From the human T2T-CHM13v2.0 reference genome, Homo sapiens: a DNA stretch of 64,000 nucleotides. The notes beneath the pieces are model-generated. The model ran no database searches. It worked only from the letters and a program-made list of their open reading frames with translations, and was not told the origin of the DNA. Positions 34,700 through 56,000 of this stretch are shown in pieces (position 1 is the first letter of the stretch; each line of letters opens with the position of its first letter). Position numbers and translations under genes: made by a program. The stretch lies in NCBI RefSeq assembly GCF_009914755.1, contig NC_060947.1; one strand, given 5' to 3'.

Positions 34700-36235
34700 C
34701 AAAAAGCTCCTAGATAACCTTCCCACACAGCTGGAGAATCTCCTATTGTATGCTTCATCCAAGCTGCAATGGGCATCAATCTGAACTTTTGTGAAAAGCA
34801 CAGCAAATATGGAATTAGGGAACCATTTACTGCTGAAAAGGAAGTGGTGATTCAGGGCCAAGGCAACTCAACAGGTAAATTATACAGAACCACTAAATAC
34901 ACATGTGCTAGACATGTGCAAACCAACCCAGATAGAGGAGACTGGAATAAATAATTCTTTGATGTGAAGACATTAACATACTTTCATAGAAAACCACAGC
35001 ATACATGGAATCATGACCTCCATAAATGAAAAAAAAAAGCAAGGAAAGAGTGACTAACCCTAACTAGATGGTGAAGTGTGAACTCTCAAATCAAAAATTT
35101 AAAATTGAAGTTTGAAGAAACTCAGTGAATTCTATGATAACACAGGAAAGTAAATAAGAAATTTATGAGAGAAATTGAACAAAGAGATTTAAATAATTTA
35201 AAAAATCAAACAGAAATCCTGGAATGGAGAAATACATTGGAAGAAATAAAAACATACATAAGAGGTTCTCAAAAACAGAATTAATCAAGCAGAAGAAAGA
35301 ATCAGTGCGCTCAAGGACAGAATATTTGAAAACACAACACCAGAGGAGATGAAAAAAATAATAAAAAGGAAAAAGAACAGCTATGAGATCTAGAAAACAG
35401 CCTGAAAAGAGCAGATCTAAGACTCACTGGCTTTCAATATGGAGTTAAGGCACATCAAGTGGTAGAAAGCTTATTAAAAAAATCGTAACAGAAAACTTTC
35501 TGAATCTACAAAAAGGTATATACATATCCAGGTATGAAAAGGTCAAAACATCACTAAAAAGATTAAACCAAGATAAGATTGCTCCAAGATACAGAATAAT
35601 CATACTCTAAAAAGCCAAATTAAAGACAGGACCCTAAAAAAGCAAGTGAAAAATTATTAATATATAATGAAGCTTCAATTAATATGGCAACAGAATTCTC
35701 AGTGGAAACGATACAGACTTTGAGGGAGTGAGGTGACATTTTCCAACTGCTGAAGAAAAAGAAATGTCAACTGAGATACTGTACCAAGCAAAGCTGTTCT
35801 TCAAACATGAGGGAGAAAAAAAAATTCCCTGAAAAACAAAAGCTGAGGGCATTAATTACTACTAGATTTGATTAGAAATAAAAGATAAAGTTCTTCAATC
35901 TAAAAGAAAAGAATGCAAGTGTGCAATAATAAAGGATCTGAAGATAAAAACTTCACTGGTAAAAGTAAGTATACAAAAAGTACAGAATATTCTAATATTG
36001 TAACAACAGTATGTAACCACTCATATCTCTGACATGAATAAAATATATAAATGTATGAAAGATAATAACTACAAAATTTGTAAAGAGATAGGCAATATAA
36101 AACATACATAAGTGGAGAAAATAAAAGTCATAATGTCGAGGGCATTGAGTTAAAACATATTGTTTTTGTTTCCTTGTTTCCTTTTTTTGTAGTGATTAAT
36201 GTTAACTTGTATTCTACTTACCTTATTATAAGATG
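34700..36235 (+). mobile_element. Old L1M 5'/ORF1 region (outermost host; resumes at 51973-52058 and 60446-60852)
   Basis: Degenerate A-rich ORF1 (GAAGAAAGAATCAGTG, TACCAAGCAAAGCTGTTCTTC); TATAAGATG duplicated at about 36227 and 51974. Confidence 0.7.
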
Positions 36236-36239
36236 CTCC

Positions 36240-38150
36240 TTTTTCAACTTTTATTTTAGGTCTGGGGTACATGTGTAAGTTTGTCATATGGGTAAATTGG
36301 GTGTCATGGGGGTTTTGTGCACAGATTACTTCATCATTCTAGTAATAAGCATAGTACCCAATAGGTAGTTTTTGATTCTCACCCTCCTCCCACCCTCCAC
36401 TTTCAAGTAGGCTCTGGAGTCTGTTGTTCCCTTCTTTGTGTTTATGTGTATTCAATATTTAGCTCCCACAAAAAGTGAGAACATGTGGTATTTGGCTTTC
36501 TGTTCCTGAATTAGTTTGCTTAGAATAATGCCCTCCAGGTCCATCCATGTTGCTACAAAGAATATTACCTCATTTTTAAGGCTACATAGTATTCCATTGT
36601 GTATATGTACCATATATTCTTTATCCTGTCTACTATTGATAGACATTTTGGTTGATTCCATGTCTCTGCTATTGGGAACAGTACTGCAATAAATATATGT
36701 GTTATGTGTCTTTATGGTAGAGCAATTTATATTGCTTTGAGTGTGTGCTCAATAATGGGATCTCTGGGTCAAATAGTAATTCTGTTTTAAGTGTTTTGGG
36801 AAATGATCAAACTGCTTTCTAAAAGAGTGAACTAATTTACATTCTCACCAGCAGTGTATAAATGTTCACTTTTGTCTATAACCTCATCATGATCTGTTAT
36901 TTTTTGAGTTTTAAATAATAGCCATTCTGACTGTTGTGAGATGGTATCTCATTTTCGCTTTGATTTGCATTTCTCTAACAAATAGTGATGTTGAGAATGT
37001 TTTCACATACTTGTTGGCTGCGAGTATGTCTTATTTTAGGAAGTGTCTGTTCATGTCCTTTGCCCATCTTTTAATATAATTGTTTCATTGCTTGTAAATC
37101 TGTTTAAGTTCTTTGTAGATTCTGGATATTAGACCTTTGTCAGATGCATAGCTTGCAAATATTTTCTCCCACTCTGTAGGTTGTCTGTTTACTCTGCTGA
37201 TGGTTTCTTTTGCTGTGCAGAAGTTCTTCAGCTGATTTAGGTCCCATTTGTTTATTACTATTATTATTATTGTTATTATTATGGTTGCAATTCCTTTTGG
37301 CATCTCCATCATAAAATACTTGTCAAGTCTTATGTCCAGAATAGTATTTTCTAGATTATCTTTGAGGGATTTTATAGTTTTAGGTTTTACATTTAAGTCT
37401 TTAATCCATTGTGATGGTTAATATCGAGTGTGTCAACTTGATTGGATTGAAGGATACAAAGTATTGTTCCTGGGTGTGTATGTTAGGGTGTTGCCAAAGG
37501 AGACTAACATTTGAGTCTCTGGACTGGGAAAGGCAGACCCACCCTCAACCTGAGTGGGCACAATCTAATAAGTTGAAAATGCAGCAAGAATAAAAAGCAG
37601 GCAGAAGAACGTGGAAAGACCAGACTGGCTAAATCTTCTAGGCTCCATCTATCTCTCATGCTGGATACTTCCTGCCCTTGAACATTGAACTCCAAGTACT
37701 TTGGCTTTAGGACTGTTGGACCTTTGACCACAGACTGAAGACTGCACTGTTGGCTTCCCTACTTTTGAGGCTTTGGGACTCAGACTGGCTTCCTTGCTCC
37801 TCGGCTTGCAGACAGCCTATTGTGGGGCCTCACCTTGTGATCATGTATGTCAATACTCCTTAATAAACTCCACTTTAAATACACATCTATCCTATTAGTT
37901 CTGTTCCTCTAGAGAATCCTGACTAATACATACATCTTGAGTTGATTTTTTTTTACATGGTGTAAGGAACTCGTCCACTTTCAATCTTCTGCATATTGCT
38001 TGCCAGTTATCCTAGCACTATTTTATTGAATAGAGTCCTTCCCCCATGCTTGTTTTTGTTAAGGATAATTGAAGGTGTACAGCATTATTTCAGGGTCTGT
38101 ATTCTGTTTAATTAGTGTATGTGTCTATTTTTGTATGAGTACTATGCTTC
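36240..38150 (-). mobile_element. Old primate L1 (L1PA13-16/L1PB-like) 3' part
   Basis: T-rich end, 3'UTR AATAGGTAGTTTTTGATTCTCACCCTCC and ORF2 C-terminal remnants; split by MLT2. Confidence 0.8.
37410..37930 (+). mobile_element. MLT2A solo LTR (ERVL)
   Basis: TGTGATGGTTAATATCGAGTGTGTCAACTTGATTGG...GACTAATACA; 5-bp TSD TCCAT/TACAT. Confidence 0.92.
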
Positions 38151-39437
38151 AAATTTACATTATATTCGTCTATTACATTAGTCCATTACATTAACATGAA
38201 TCTATTTACATTCAATGATATTGATCAGTAAGAACTTACTTCTGCCATTTTCTCATTTGTTTTCTCGTGTGTGTGTGTGTGTGTGTGCGTGTGTGTGTGT
38301 GTTCTCTTCCTTCATTCCTTCCTGTCTTCTTTCAGCAAAGGTGATTTCTTTGGTAATATTATTTAGTTTCTTCCTTTTTATTTATTGTGTGTACATTTTG
38401 TTTTTTGATTTGAGGTTACCATGAGGCTTGTGAATACAATCTTACAACTCATTATTTTAACCTGATGAGAACTTAACACTGTTTCCATAAAGAAGCAAGC
38501 AAGTAAACAGAAAACTAATAAAAAAAACTACACCTGAAATTTGTCTGCCAGCTTTTTAACTGTTTGTAGTTTCTATTTATATCTTATTGTACTATCTATG
38601 TCTTGAAAAGTTGTTGTAGTTATTAGTTTTGATTGGTTCATCATTTAGTCTTTCTACTTAGGATAAGAGTTGTTTACACATCACAGTTTCAGTGTAATAA
38701 TATTATGTTTTTCTGTTTACTTACCATTACCAGTGAGTTTTTACCTTCAAGTGATTACTTATTGCTCATTAACGCCTTTTCTTTCTGATTGAAGTGCTTC
38801 CTTTAGCATTTCTTGTAGGTGAGATCTGGTGTTGATGAAATCCCTCCATTTTTGTTTGTCTGGGAAAGTCTTTATTTCTCCTTTTTGTTTGAAAAATATT
38901 TTCACTGGATATACTATTCTAAGCTAAAAGTCTTTATTTTTCTTCAGCAGTTTAAATATGTCATGCCTATCTCTTCTAGTCTGTAATGTTTCCACTGAAA
39001 ACTCTGCTGTCAGATGTACTGGAGCTCTATTGTGTGTTATTTTTTCTTTTCTGTTGCTGCTTTTAGGATCCTTTCTTTATCCTTGATCGTTAAGAGTTTG
39101 ATTATTAAATGCCTTGAAGTACTTTTTGAGTTAAATCTGCTTGGTGTTCTATAACTTTCTTTGTATTTGGATCTTGACATCTTTCTTTAGGTTTGGGAAG
39201 TTGTCTGTTATTATTTCTCCTAATAAATGCTCTATTGCTGTCTTTTTCTCTACCTCCTCTTTAATGCCAATAACTTTCAGATTTGTCCTTTTGAGGCTGT
39301 TATCTAGATTCTGTAGGAGGGCTTCATTTTTTTAAATTATTTTTTCTTTTGTCTCCTCTGAGTGTGTAATTTCAAATAGTTGTTATTCAAGCTCACTAAT
39401 TCTTTAGCTGGATTAATTCTGCTATTAAAAGATTCTG

Positions 39438-46013
<6,576 letters not shown>

Positions 46014-48311
46014 AAAAGACTCTGATGCATTCTTAAATATGCAAATTGCATTTCTTTAGCTCCAGAATTTCAGCTAGATTCTTTTCAATTATTTCATTCT
46101 CTTATTAAATTTATCTGTGGAATTCTGATTTTGCCTGTGCTACCTTGAATTTCTTTGAGTTCCCTGAACCCAGTTGTACCAAATTCCCTTTCTGAAAGGT
46201 CACATATCTCTGCTTATCCAGCATTAGTTCCTGGTTACCTATTTAGTTCCTCTGATGAGGTCATGTTTTCCTGGATGGTGTTCATGCTAGTAGACATTCT
46301 TCAGTGTCTGGGCATTGAAGAATTTGATATTTATTGTAATCTTCTATATCTTGTCTTCTTTGTATCCATCATTTTTGGGAAGGCTTTCCAGATATTTGAA
46401 AGGACTTGAGTATCAAGAGCTAAGCAGCATCTGCTTTAAGGAGCACCTCAAGCCTAATAAAACTGTAGTTCTTGCAGACTCATAGAGTTATTGCCTTGAT
46501 GATTTTGAAAAAAGATGAAAAATTCTCTGGATTACCAGGCAGATATCTTGTTCTCTAGCCTGAATTTTCCCAAAGAAATGGAGTATCTCTCTCAGTTTTG
46601 AGCCTCCTAAAGCTGAGGGTGGAGTCATATTAGCACCCCTGTGGCCACCAACACTATGACTATGCTGCGTCAGACCTGAAGCCAGCACAGGACTGAGATT
46701 TGCCCGACGCCTGCTGTAACCACTCCCTAGCTACTGTTTATGTTTGCTCAAGGCCCTGGGGCTCTACAGTCAGCAATTGTAAATCCACCCAGGTCTGTGT
46801 CCTTCGTTTCAGGGCAGTGAGTTCCCCCAGACCCTGTGTGGGCTCAGAAGTGCTGTCTGGGTGTCATGGACTAGAGTCAAAAACCTTAGACATCTTCCTG
46901 GTGTTCTATTGTACTGCAGCTGAGCTGGCAGTCATACCATAAGAGGTAGTCCTTTCCACTCTTCCCTCCCCTTTCCAAAGGCAGAGGAGCCTCACCCCAT
47001 AGCCACCACCATCAAAGTCCATGGGGAGTTCTTCCAGACTACCACTCATGTTCTCTTAAGATCCAAGGAGTTTTATGTCAGCTTGTGGTGAATGCTTCCT
47101 GGCCTGGGGCTCACCCTTGAGGGCAGTGGGCTCCCCTCTGGGCCAGGGCACGTCCAGAGATGCCATCCCAGAGTTAATTCCTGACATGAGTGACCCCAAG
47201 AGCCCAGATGGTTCTCTATCCCACTGTGGACATTCTAGCACGTAAGGTTCAAGACAAAGTCCCCCTTTCTTAAGCAGGAGTTTCATCCCATAGCCACCAT
47301 AGCTGATAATGTGCTGAATCTCATCTGAAGCTAGCAAGTCTCCGAGGCTCAGCCAAGGCCCTCAGTGTAGTACCTGGTTGTTCAAGGCCCAAGGGCTCTT
47401 TACTTAGTGGGTAATAAATGCTGCCAGGACTGTTTTTTCCCCCGCTTCAAGGCAGCAGGTTCCCATCTGTCCCAGAGTGTGTCTAGAAATGTCACCTGGG
47501 AGTGAGGGCCTGGAATGGGGACCTGACAACTCTGACCAGTGCCCTATCTTGTTGTAGCTAAGCTGGTATCCAAGATGCAAGACCAAGTCCTTCCCACTCT
47601 TTCCTCTCCTATCCTCATGAGGAAGAAGCATGTCTTTTTTGGAGCCACAAGCTGTGCAGCCTGAGGTTAGGGGAGGGATGATGCCAGCACTCCCTTAGCA
47701 ACCCCAGCTGGTGGTTTATTAAGTCACATAACCCACACCGCACCCTCAGTTCACTGTCTCTGGGCCCAGGTCAACCCTAGGACTAGTCTAAGACTTGCAG
47801 TCCTTATGTCTGAAGATGCCTTTCATGTTTACTTAAAGACCCAGAGCACTTTGGCTTTTAGTGGTAAGGTTTGTGGGTACTCAAGTTCAGAACATTAGAA
47901 TCAGCAATTCCTCTCTGGCAAGGGCTGGTTTAAATACTACCTCTGTGTGCAAGTGTTGGCTGAGTTTGGCCTGGTTTTCCTTTCTGCTCTAACAGGATAG
48001 CACTGAGTTCAATGCCTCACAATTGCTGTTCTCCCTCCCTCAGCACCCACAGATGATCTCTATACCATGCTGCTACTGCCGGGACAGGAGGATGGGATTG
48101 GGGAGAGGTGGCATTGGCAACTTAAGGCGTTTTTTTTTCTATATTTTCTTTGCCTCTTTCAGTGATATGAAGTTAAAATCAGGTGTTACAAGGGCTCACC
48201 TGATTTTTGGTTCTCATGAAGGGGTCTTCTCTGTGTAGATAGTTGTAAATTGGTGTCCTTATAGAAATACAATTGGTGTAGCCTTCAATTCCACCATCTT
48301 GCTCTGCCTCC

Positions 48312-51300
48312 TTTTGTCTTTTATGATCTTTGTTGTTTGAAAGTCTGGTTTGCCTAGAATTAGAATAGAAACCCAAGTTTTTCATTTGTTTGTTTGTTTT
48401 TTATTTGCTTGGTAGATTATTCTCCATCCCTTTACTTTGAATCTATGCATGTCATTGCTTGTGAGATGAGTCTCTTAAATTCAGAATGCTGGGTTTTGCT
48501 TATTTATCCAAGTTGCCACTCTGTGCCTTTTAATTGGGGCATTTAGGTCATTTGAAATCAAGGTTAGTATTCATATGTGCAAATTTGATCCTGTCAACAT
48601 GTTGTTAACTGGTTATTATGCAGACTTGTTTGTGTGGTTGCTTTATAGTGTCACTGGTCTATGTACTTAAGTGAGTTTTTGTAGTGGCCAGTAATGTTGT
48701 TTCCTTTCCATATTTAGCAATCACTTCGGGACTTCTTGTAAGGTTTGTCTTGTGGAAATTCATTCCCTTAGCATTTGTTTGTCTGAGATGGATCTTAATT
48801 CTCCTTTGCTCATGAAGCTTAGTTTGTCTGGATAAGAAATTCTCAGTTGAAAATTCCTTTCTTTAAGAATGGTGATCATTAAAAAGTCAGGAAACAACAG
48901 GTGCTGGAGAGGATGTGGAGAAATAGGAACACTTTTACACTGTTGGTGGGACTGTAAACTAGTTCAACCATTGTGGAAGTCAGTGTGGTGATTCCTCAGG
49001 GATCTAGAACTAGAAATACCATTTGACCCAGCCATCCCATTACTGGGTATAGACCCAAAGGACTATAAATCATGCCGCTATAAAGACACATGCACACGTA
49101 TGTTTATTGCGGCATTATTCACAATAGCAAAGACTTGGAACCAACCCAAATGTCCAACAATGATAGACTGGATTAAGAAAATGTGGCACATATACACCGT
49201 GGAATACTATGCAGCCATAAAAAATGATGAGTTCATGTCCTTTGTAGGGACATGGATGAAATTGGAAATCATCATTCTCAGTAAACTATCGCAAGAACAA
49301 AAAACCAAACACCGCATATTCTCACTCATAGGTGGGAATTGAACAATGAGATCACATGGACACAGGAAGGGGAATATCACACTCTGGGGAATGTGGGGGG
49401 GTGGGGGGAGGGGGGAAGGATAGCATTGGGAGATATACCTAATGCTAGATGACGAGTTAGTGGATGCAGCACAGCAGCATGGCACATGTATACATAAGTA
49501 ACTAACCTGCACAATGTGCACATGTACCCTAAAACTTAAAGTATAATTAAAAAAAAAAAGAATGCTAAATATAGGCCCTTAATCCCTTCTGGCTTGTAGG
49601 ATTTCTGCTGAAAGGTCCACTGTTAGCCTGATGAGATTCCATTTGTAGGTAAACAACCTCTTCAACTACCTTCACATTTTTTTCTTTCATTTAGATCTTG
49701 GAGAATCTGATGATTACACGTCTTGGGGGTGGCTGTCTTTTGTAGTATCTCATAGAGGTTCTCTGCATTTCCTAAGTAAGTTTGAATGTTGTCCTATCTA
49801 GCAGAGAAATGTTTCATGGACAATATCCTAAAATGTGTTTTGCAAGTTGCTTGCTTTGTTTCCTCTTTCAGAGACACCAATGAGTCATAAATTTGGTCTC
49901 TTTACAAAATCCCATATTTCTCAGGTTTTGTTCTTTCTTCTTTATTCTTTTTTCTTTATTTTTGTCTGAGTTATTTGAAAGAGCCAGTCTTCTAATTCTG
50001 AGATTCTTCCCTCAGCTTGGTCAATTCTACTGCTAATACTTGTGATTGTATAATGAAATTCTTGCAGTGAGTTTTTCAGTTCCATCTTATCAGGATTTTT
50101 TTCTTATAAAGTCCATTTCACATTTTATTTCCTACATCTTATTTTATTTTATTCCTTAGAAACCTTGGATTGGGTTTTGATGTTCTCCTGGATATGAGTA
50201 ATCTTCATTTCTACTGACATTCTATATCTGTCATTTCAGCCATTTCAGCCTGGTTAAGAACCATTGTTGGGGAACTAGTTCAGCCATTTAGAGTTAAAAA
50301 AACACTCTGGCTTTTTGAGTTACTAGAGTTCTTGTGATGGTTCTTTCTCATCTTTGTGGGTTGATGTTCTTTCAGTCTGAATTTGCTTTCCTTTGGATGG
50401 GCTTTTTGTTCTTCTACCCTCCTTAATGTCCCTGGGAATTTGATTGTAGTATAGGTGGGTTTAGCCAACTGGCTACATTTCTGGAAAATTTTAGGACGCC
50501 AAGGCTGAGCTCAGGATGCCTGGAATGCATGTTTTAACTCTAGGCCCGCTAATATCAAGCCATTGGCTTTGTTTTCTGGCCTCTTGAGGTTAGAAACCTG
50601 CTGTGCGGGAGGGACCTAGGTGTTCCTGGATCACTGTTCAAAACACTCCGATGGGTGGTACCAGGCAAATTGCTTTGTCATCTGGTGTTACCTAGATCCA
50701 TGCTCATTTTCATGTACCAGCAGCAATGGCAATGTGGTGGTGTGATTGCTCATTGGCTGTGGGGGGGCATTGGTGTGCACAGGGTTGCTGGCCACCATGT
50801 GGATGTTTGCAGTGGCAGTGATGGCAGCACCGTGGTGGAGGGGTGGACCGTAGGCATCTGTGTTTGCATTTGCACCAGTGGTGGTATCAGCATGAAGCAG
50901 GGCACTGGTGAACACAGGGATGGCAACCTCTGTGCACATGTTCATGCCAGTAGCAGAAGCCACACAGAATGGGACATGGGGCTGCTGGTCTCTGTGCACA
51001 GATTCCTGCCTGTGGCAGTATCAACATGGGAGCAGGGCACTGATGGGCATGGAGCTGACAGTCTCTGTATGCATTAATGTGCCAGTGATGATGGTGGCAA
51101 GGGGCAGGTGAGGCTGCTGGTCTCCTTATGCACCTTTACATTGGCAATGGTGGCACAATTGGGGGCAGGGCAGGGTGTGCTTATGCCAGCAACAGTGGCT
51201 TAGTGCAATGCACATGCACATGTACACCAGCAGGGAAAGAGAGTTGAAGTCCACCCATGTGTACATGCACCAGCAAATTAATGTGGAAGATGACTGTGGG

Positions 51301-51972
51301 CCAGTGCATGCCAGCAAAGCAGCATAGGGGAAGCAGCAGTGGGGTGAGGGCATGGGTGGGCTGGTGTGTGGAGGTCATTTGGCTGGAGCTTTTCAATGGT
51401 CAGGCACAGTCTGCCAGTGCTGAAGCTATCATGTGGGTCTCTGTGAGGCACCACAACTGCAGATCTGAGGCTTGACTGTAAGCCATAATGGCCAGACTGG
51501 TGCCCTGGGAGGGACTAGCAGATAGGGGGGCACTCAGGTCAGAGCAGCCCCATCTCATGGGCAAGATCGTCCTGAACTATGCAGGTCCGACAGTTCCCCT
51601 AAAGCTAAAGTCTCTTAGGGGGGTAAGATGAGCCTTGGGGGATGGGCATTCTCGGACATGCTCCACCACACACTGTCCCACACCAAACCCCCTGGGCTCT
51701 GCACCAGATGGAGTTCTGCCCACACCACCTCTCCAAACAGCTCTCTCTGCCAGCTCAATTGTCCATGGTGGTCATGGGGTCTCTTGCTGCCAGGATTCCA
51801 GAGGATTTTGGTGAAAGTAGGCCACCACAAGCTTGCTCAACAGCTCCTGTTTAAGAGCTGTTGGGGGCCAGGAATGAGTCCTCGTGCACAGTAGACCCCT
51901 GAAGGGTCCAATCTTCCTCCCCCTTCAGCCCAGCATCTGTGTCTTCCCTCTGTCCACTCTCAATGCCTTCGT
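48312..51972 (-). mobile_element. Old primate L1 5' part (EN start, ORF1, long repetitive 5'UTR)
   Basis: TTTGATCCTGTCA ORF2-start homolog at about 48590, ORF1 remnants, TG-rich tandem 5'UTR at 50700-51400. Confidence 0.75.
48872..49557 (+). mobile_element. 5'-truncated L1PA2
   Basis: Diagnostics GAGATCACATGG, AATTGGAAATCATC, GCTAGATGACGAGTTAGT; TSD AAGAATG at 48865-48871 and 49558-49564. Confidence 0.88.
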
Positions 51973-52508
51973 CTATAAGATGTTTCTTATATCATAGTAA
52001 TCACAAAGCAAAAACCATAATAGATACACTAAAAATAAAAAGCAAGGCATTAAACATGCTGCCAACTGGAAGAAGACAAGGATGCCCACTCTCACCACTC
52101 CTACTAAATATAGTATTGGAAGTCCTAGCCAGAAAAATCATGCAAGAGAAAGAAATAAAAGCCATCCAAATTGGAAAGGAAGCCAAACCATCTCTTTTTG
52201 CTAATAATATGATTCTATACATACAAAACCCTAAAGACTGTACTGAAAGAGTCCTAGAACTGGTAAAGACTTTAGTAAAATTTTAGGAAACAAAATCAAT
52301 GCACAAAATAAGTAGCATGTCTATACACCAATAACATTCAAGCTGAGAGTAAAATCAATAGCATAATCCCAATTATAATAGCTACAATATAAATGAAATA
52401 TCTAGGAATACAGATAACAAGGGAGCTGAAAGACTTCAACAAATAGAATGACAAGACACTGTTGAAGGAAATCAGAGATAACACAAATAAATGGAAAAAA
52501 AACCCACA

Positions 52509-52811
52509 GCTGGGCATGGTGGCTTACGCCTGTAATCCCAGCACTTTAGGAGGGTGAGGCAGGCGGATCAGGAGGTCAGGAGTTCGAAACCAGCCTGGCC
52601 AATATGGTGAAACCCCGTCTCTACTAAAAATACAAAAATTAGCTGGGTGTGGTGGTGCACGCCTGTAGTCCCAACTACTTGGGAAGCTGAGGCAGAAGAA
52701 TCACTTGAACACAGGAGGCAGAGGTTGCAGTGAGCCGAGATTGTGCCACTGCGCTCCAGCCTGGGTGACAGAATGAAACTCTGTCTTAAAAACAAACAAA
52801 CAAGCAAAAAA
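52509..52811 (+). mobile_element. AluS (Sg-like)
   Basis: GCTGGGCATGGTGGCTTACGCC...GGATCAGGAGGTCAGGAGTTCG; A-rich tail. Confidence 0.93.
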
Positions 52812-53040
52812 CACTTCATGCTCATGAATAGGAAGACTCAATATCATGAGAATGGCCACACTGCCCAAAACAGTTTACAGATTCAACGCTATTCCTATCA
52901 AATTACCAATGACATTTTTAGACAATTAGACAAAATTATTCTAAAATTAATATAAATACCATAAGAGTCTTAATAGCCAAAGCAATCCTAAGCAAAAAGA
53001 ACAAAGTCTGAGGCATCACACTATCTGACTTTATACTATG

Positions 53041-56000
53041 GGGCGGAGCCCACTGCAGCTTGGCAAAGCCGCTATAGCCAGACTGCCTTTATAGATTCCT
53101 CCTCTCTGGGTAGGGCATCCCTGAAAGAAAGGCAGCAGCCCCATTCAGGGGCTTATAGACAAAACGCCCAACTCCCTGGGAAAGAGCACCTGAGGGAAGG
53201 GGCAGCTGTGGGTGCAGTTTCAGCAGACTTAAACGTTCCTGCTTTCCAGCTCTGAAGAGAGCAGTGAATCCCCAGCACAGTGCTCGAGCTCTGCTAAGGG
53301 ACAAACTGCCTCCTCAAGTGGGTCCCTGATCCCCGTGCCTCCTGACTGGGACACATCTCCCAGCAGGGGCCAAGAGACACCTCATACTGGAGAGCTCCAG
53401 CTGGCATCTGGCAGGTGCCCCTCTGGGACAAAGCTTCTAGAGGAAGGAAAAGGAAGCAATCTTTGCCGTTCTGCAGCCTCCGCTCGTGATACCCAGGAAA
53501 CTAGGGTCTTGAGTGGACCTTCAGAAAACTCCAGCAGACCTGCAGCAGAGGGCCCTGACTGTTAGAAGAAAAACTAACAAATAGAAGGGAGTAGCATCAA
53601 CAGCAACGAAAAGGATGTCCACACAGAAACCCCATTCGAAAGTCACCACCATCAAAGACCAAAGGTAGATAGATCCATGAAGATGAGGAAAAGCCAGCGC
53701 AAAAAGGCTGAAAATTTACAAACGCAGAATGCCTCTTCTCCTTCAAAGGATCACAGTTCCTCACCAGCACTGGAGCAAAACTGGACAGAGAATGAGTTTG
53801 ACGAATTGACAGGAGTAAACTTCAAAAGGTGGGTAAAAACAAACTCCTCTGAGCTAAAAGAGCATGTTCTAACCCAACGGAAGGTAGCTCAGAACCTTGA
53901 AAAAAGGTTAGAGGAATTTCTAACTAGAATAACCAGTTAAGAGAAGAACATAAATGGCCTGACGAGGCTGAAAAACACAGCATAAGAACTTCGTGAAGCA
54001 TATACAAGTATCAATAGCTGAATTGATGAAGCAAAAGACAGCATAGCAGAGATTGAAGATCAACTTAATGAAATAAAGCATGAAGACAAGATTAAAGAAA
54101 AAAGAATGAAAAGGAACAAACAAATCCTCCAAGAAATATGGGACTATGTGAAAAGACCAAACCTACGTTTGATTGGTGTACCTGAAAGTGACAAGGAAAA
54201 TGGAACCAAGTTGGAAAACACTCTTCAGGATATTACCAGGAGAACTTCCCCAACCTAGCAGAACAGGCTGACATTCAGATTCAGGAAATACAGTGAACAC
54301 CACAAAGACACTCCTCGAGAAGGGCAACCCCAAGACACAGAATCGTCAGATTCACCAAGGTTGAAGTGAAGGAAAAAATCTTAAGGGCAGCCAGAGAGAA
54401 AGGTCGGAATGCCCACAAGGGGAAACCAATCAGACTAACAGCAGATCTCTCTGCAGAAACCCTACAAGTCAGAAGAGAGTGGGCCCAATATTCAACATTC
54501 TTAAAGACAAGAATTTTCAACTCAGAATTTCTTATCCAGCCAAACTAAGCTTCAAAACTGAAGGAGAAATAAAATCCTTTACAGACAATCAAATGCTGAG
54601 AGATTTTGTCACCACCAGGACTGTTTTAAAAGAGCTCCTGAAGGAAGCACTAAATATGGAAAGGAAAAAACAGTATCAGCCACAGCAATAACATACCGAA
54701 TTGTAAAGACCATTGATACTATGAATAAACTGCATCAACTAACAGGCAAAAATAACCAGCTAGCATCATAATGACAGGATCAAATTCACACATAACAATA
54801 ATAACCTTAAATGTAAATGGGCTAAATGCTACAATTAATAGACACAGACTGGCAAATTGGATAGTCAAGGCTCATCGGTGAGCTGTATTCAGGAGACCCA
54901 TCTACATGCAAAGACACACATAGGCTCAAAATAAAGAGATGGAAGAATATTTACCAGGCAAATAGAAAGAAAAAAAAAAGCAGGGGTTCCAATCCTAGTC
55001 TCTGATAAAACAGACTTTAAACCAACAAAATCAAAAAAGACAAAGAAGGGCATTACATAATGGTAAGGTATCAATGCAACAAGAAGAGCTAACCATACCA
55101 AATATATATGCACCCAATACAGGAGCACACAGATTCATAAAGCAAGCTCTTAGAGACCTACAAAGAGACTTAGACTCCCACACAAGAGTGGGGGACTTTA
55201 ACACCCCACTGTCAATATTAGACAAATCAATGAGAAAGAAAATTAACAAGGATATTCAGGATTTAAACACAGCTCTGGACCAAGCAGACCTAATAGACAT
55301 CTACAGAACTCTCCACCCCAAATCAACAGAATATATATTTTTCTCACCACATCGCACTTATTCTAAAATTGATCACATAATTGGAAGTAAAACACTCCTC
55401 AACAACTGCAAAAGAATGAGAATCATAACAAACAGTCTCTCAGGTGACAGTGCAAACAAATTAGAAGTCAGGATTAAGAAACTCACTCAAAACTGCACAA
55501 CTACATAGAGACAGAACAACCTGCTCCTGAATGACTACTGGGTAAAAAACAAAATGAAGGCAGAAATAAATAACTTCTTTGAAACCAATGAGAACAAAGA
55601 CAGAATGTACCAGAATTGCTGGGACACAGCTATAGCACTGTTTAGAGAGAAATTAATAGCACTAAATGTCCACAAGGGAAAGCAGGAAAGATCTAAAATC
55701 GACACCCTAACATCACAATTAAAAGAACTAGAGAAGAAGAGCAAACAAATTCAAAAGCTAGCAGAAGAAGTAACTAAGATCAGAGCAGAACTGAAGGAGA
55801 CAGAGGCAAGAAACATGCTTCAAATAGTTAATGAATCCAGGAGCTGGTTTTTAGAAAGATTAACAAAATAGACCACTACCCAGACTAATAAAGGAAAAAA
55901 GAGAAAAGAATCAATAGACACAATAAAAATGATGAAGGGGATATCACCACTGATCCCACAGAAATACAAACTACCATGAGAGAATATTATAAACACCTCT

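Noticed and set aside
50650-51480. GC-rich ORF cluster suggesting an exon or gene
   Set aside because: It lies in the degenerate tandem-repeat 5'UTR of an old L1; the overlapping low-complexity ORFs have no recognisable domain.
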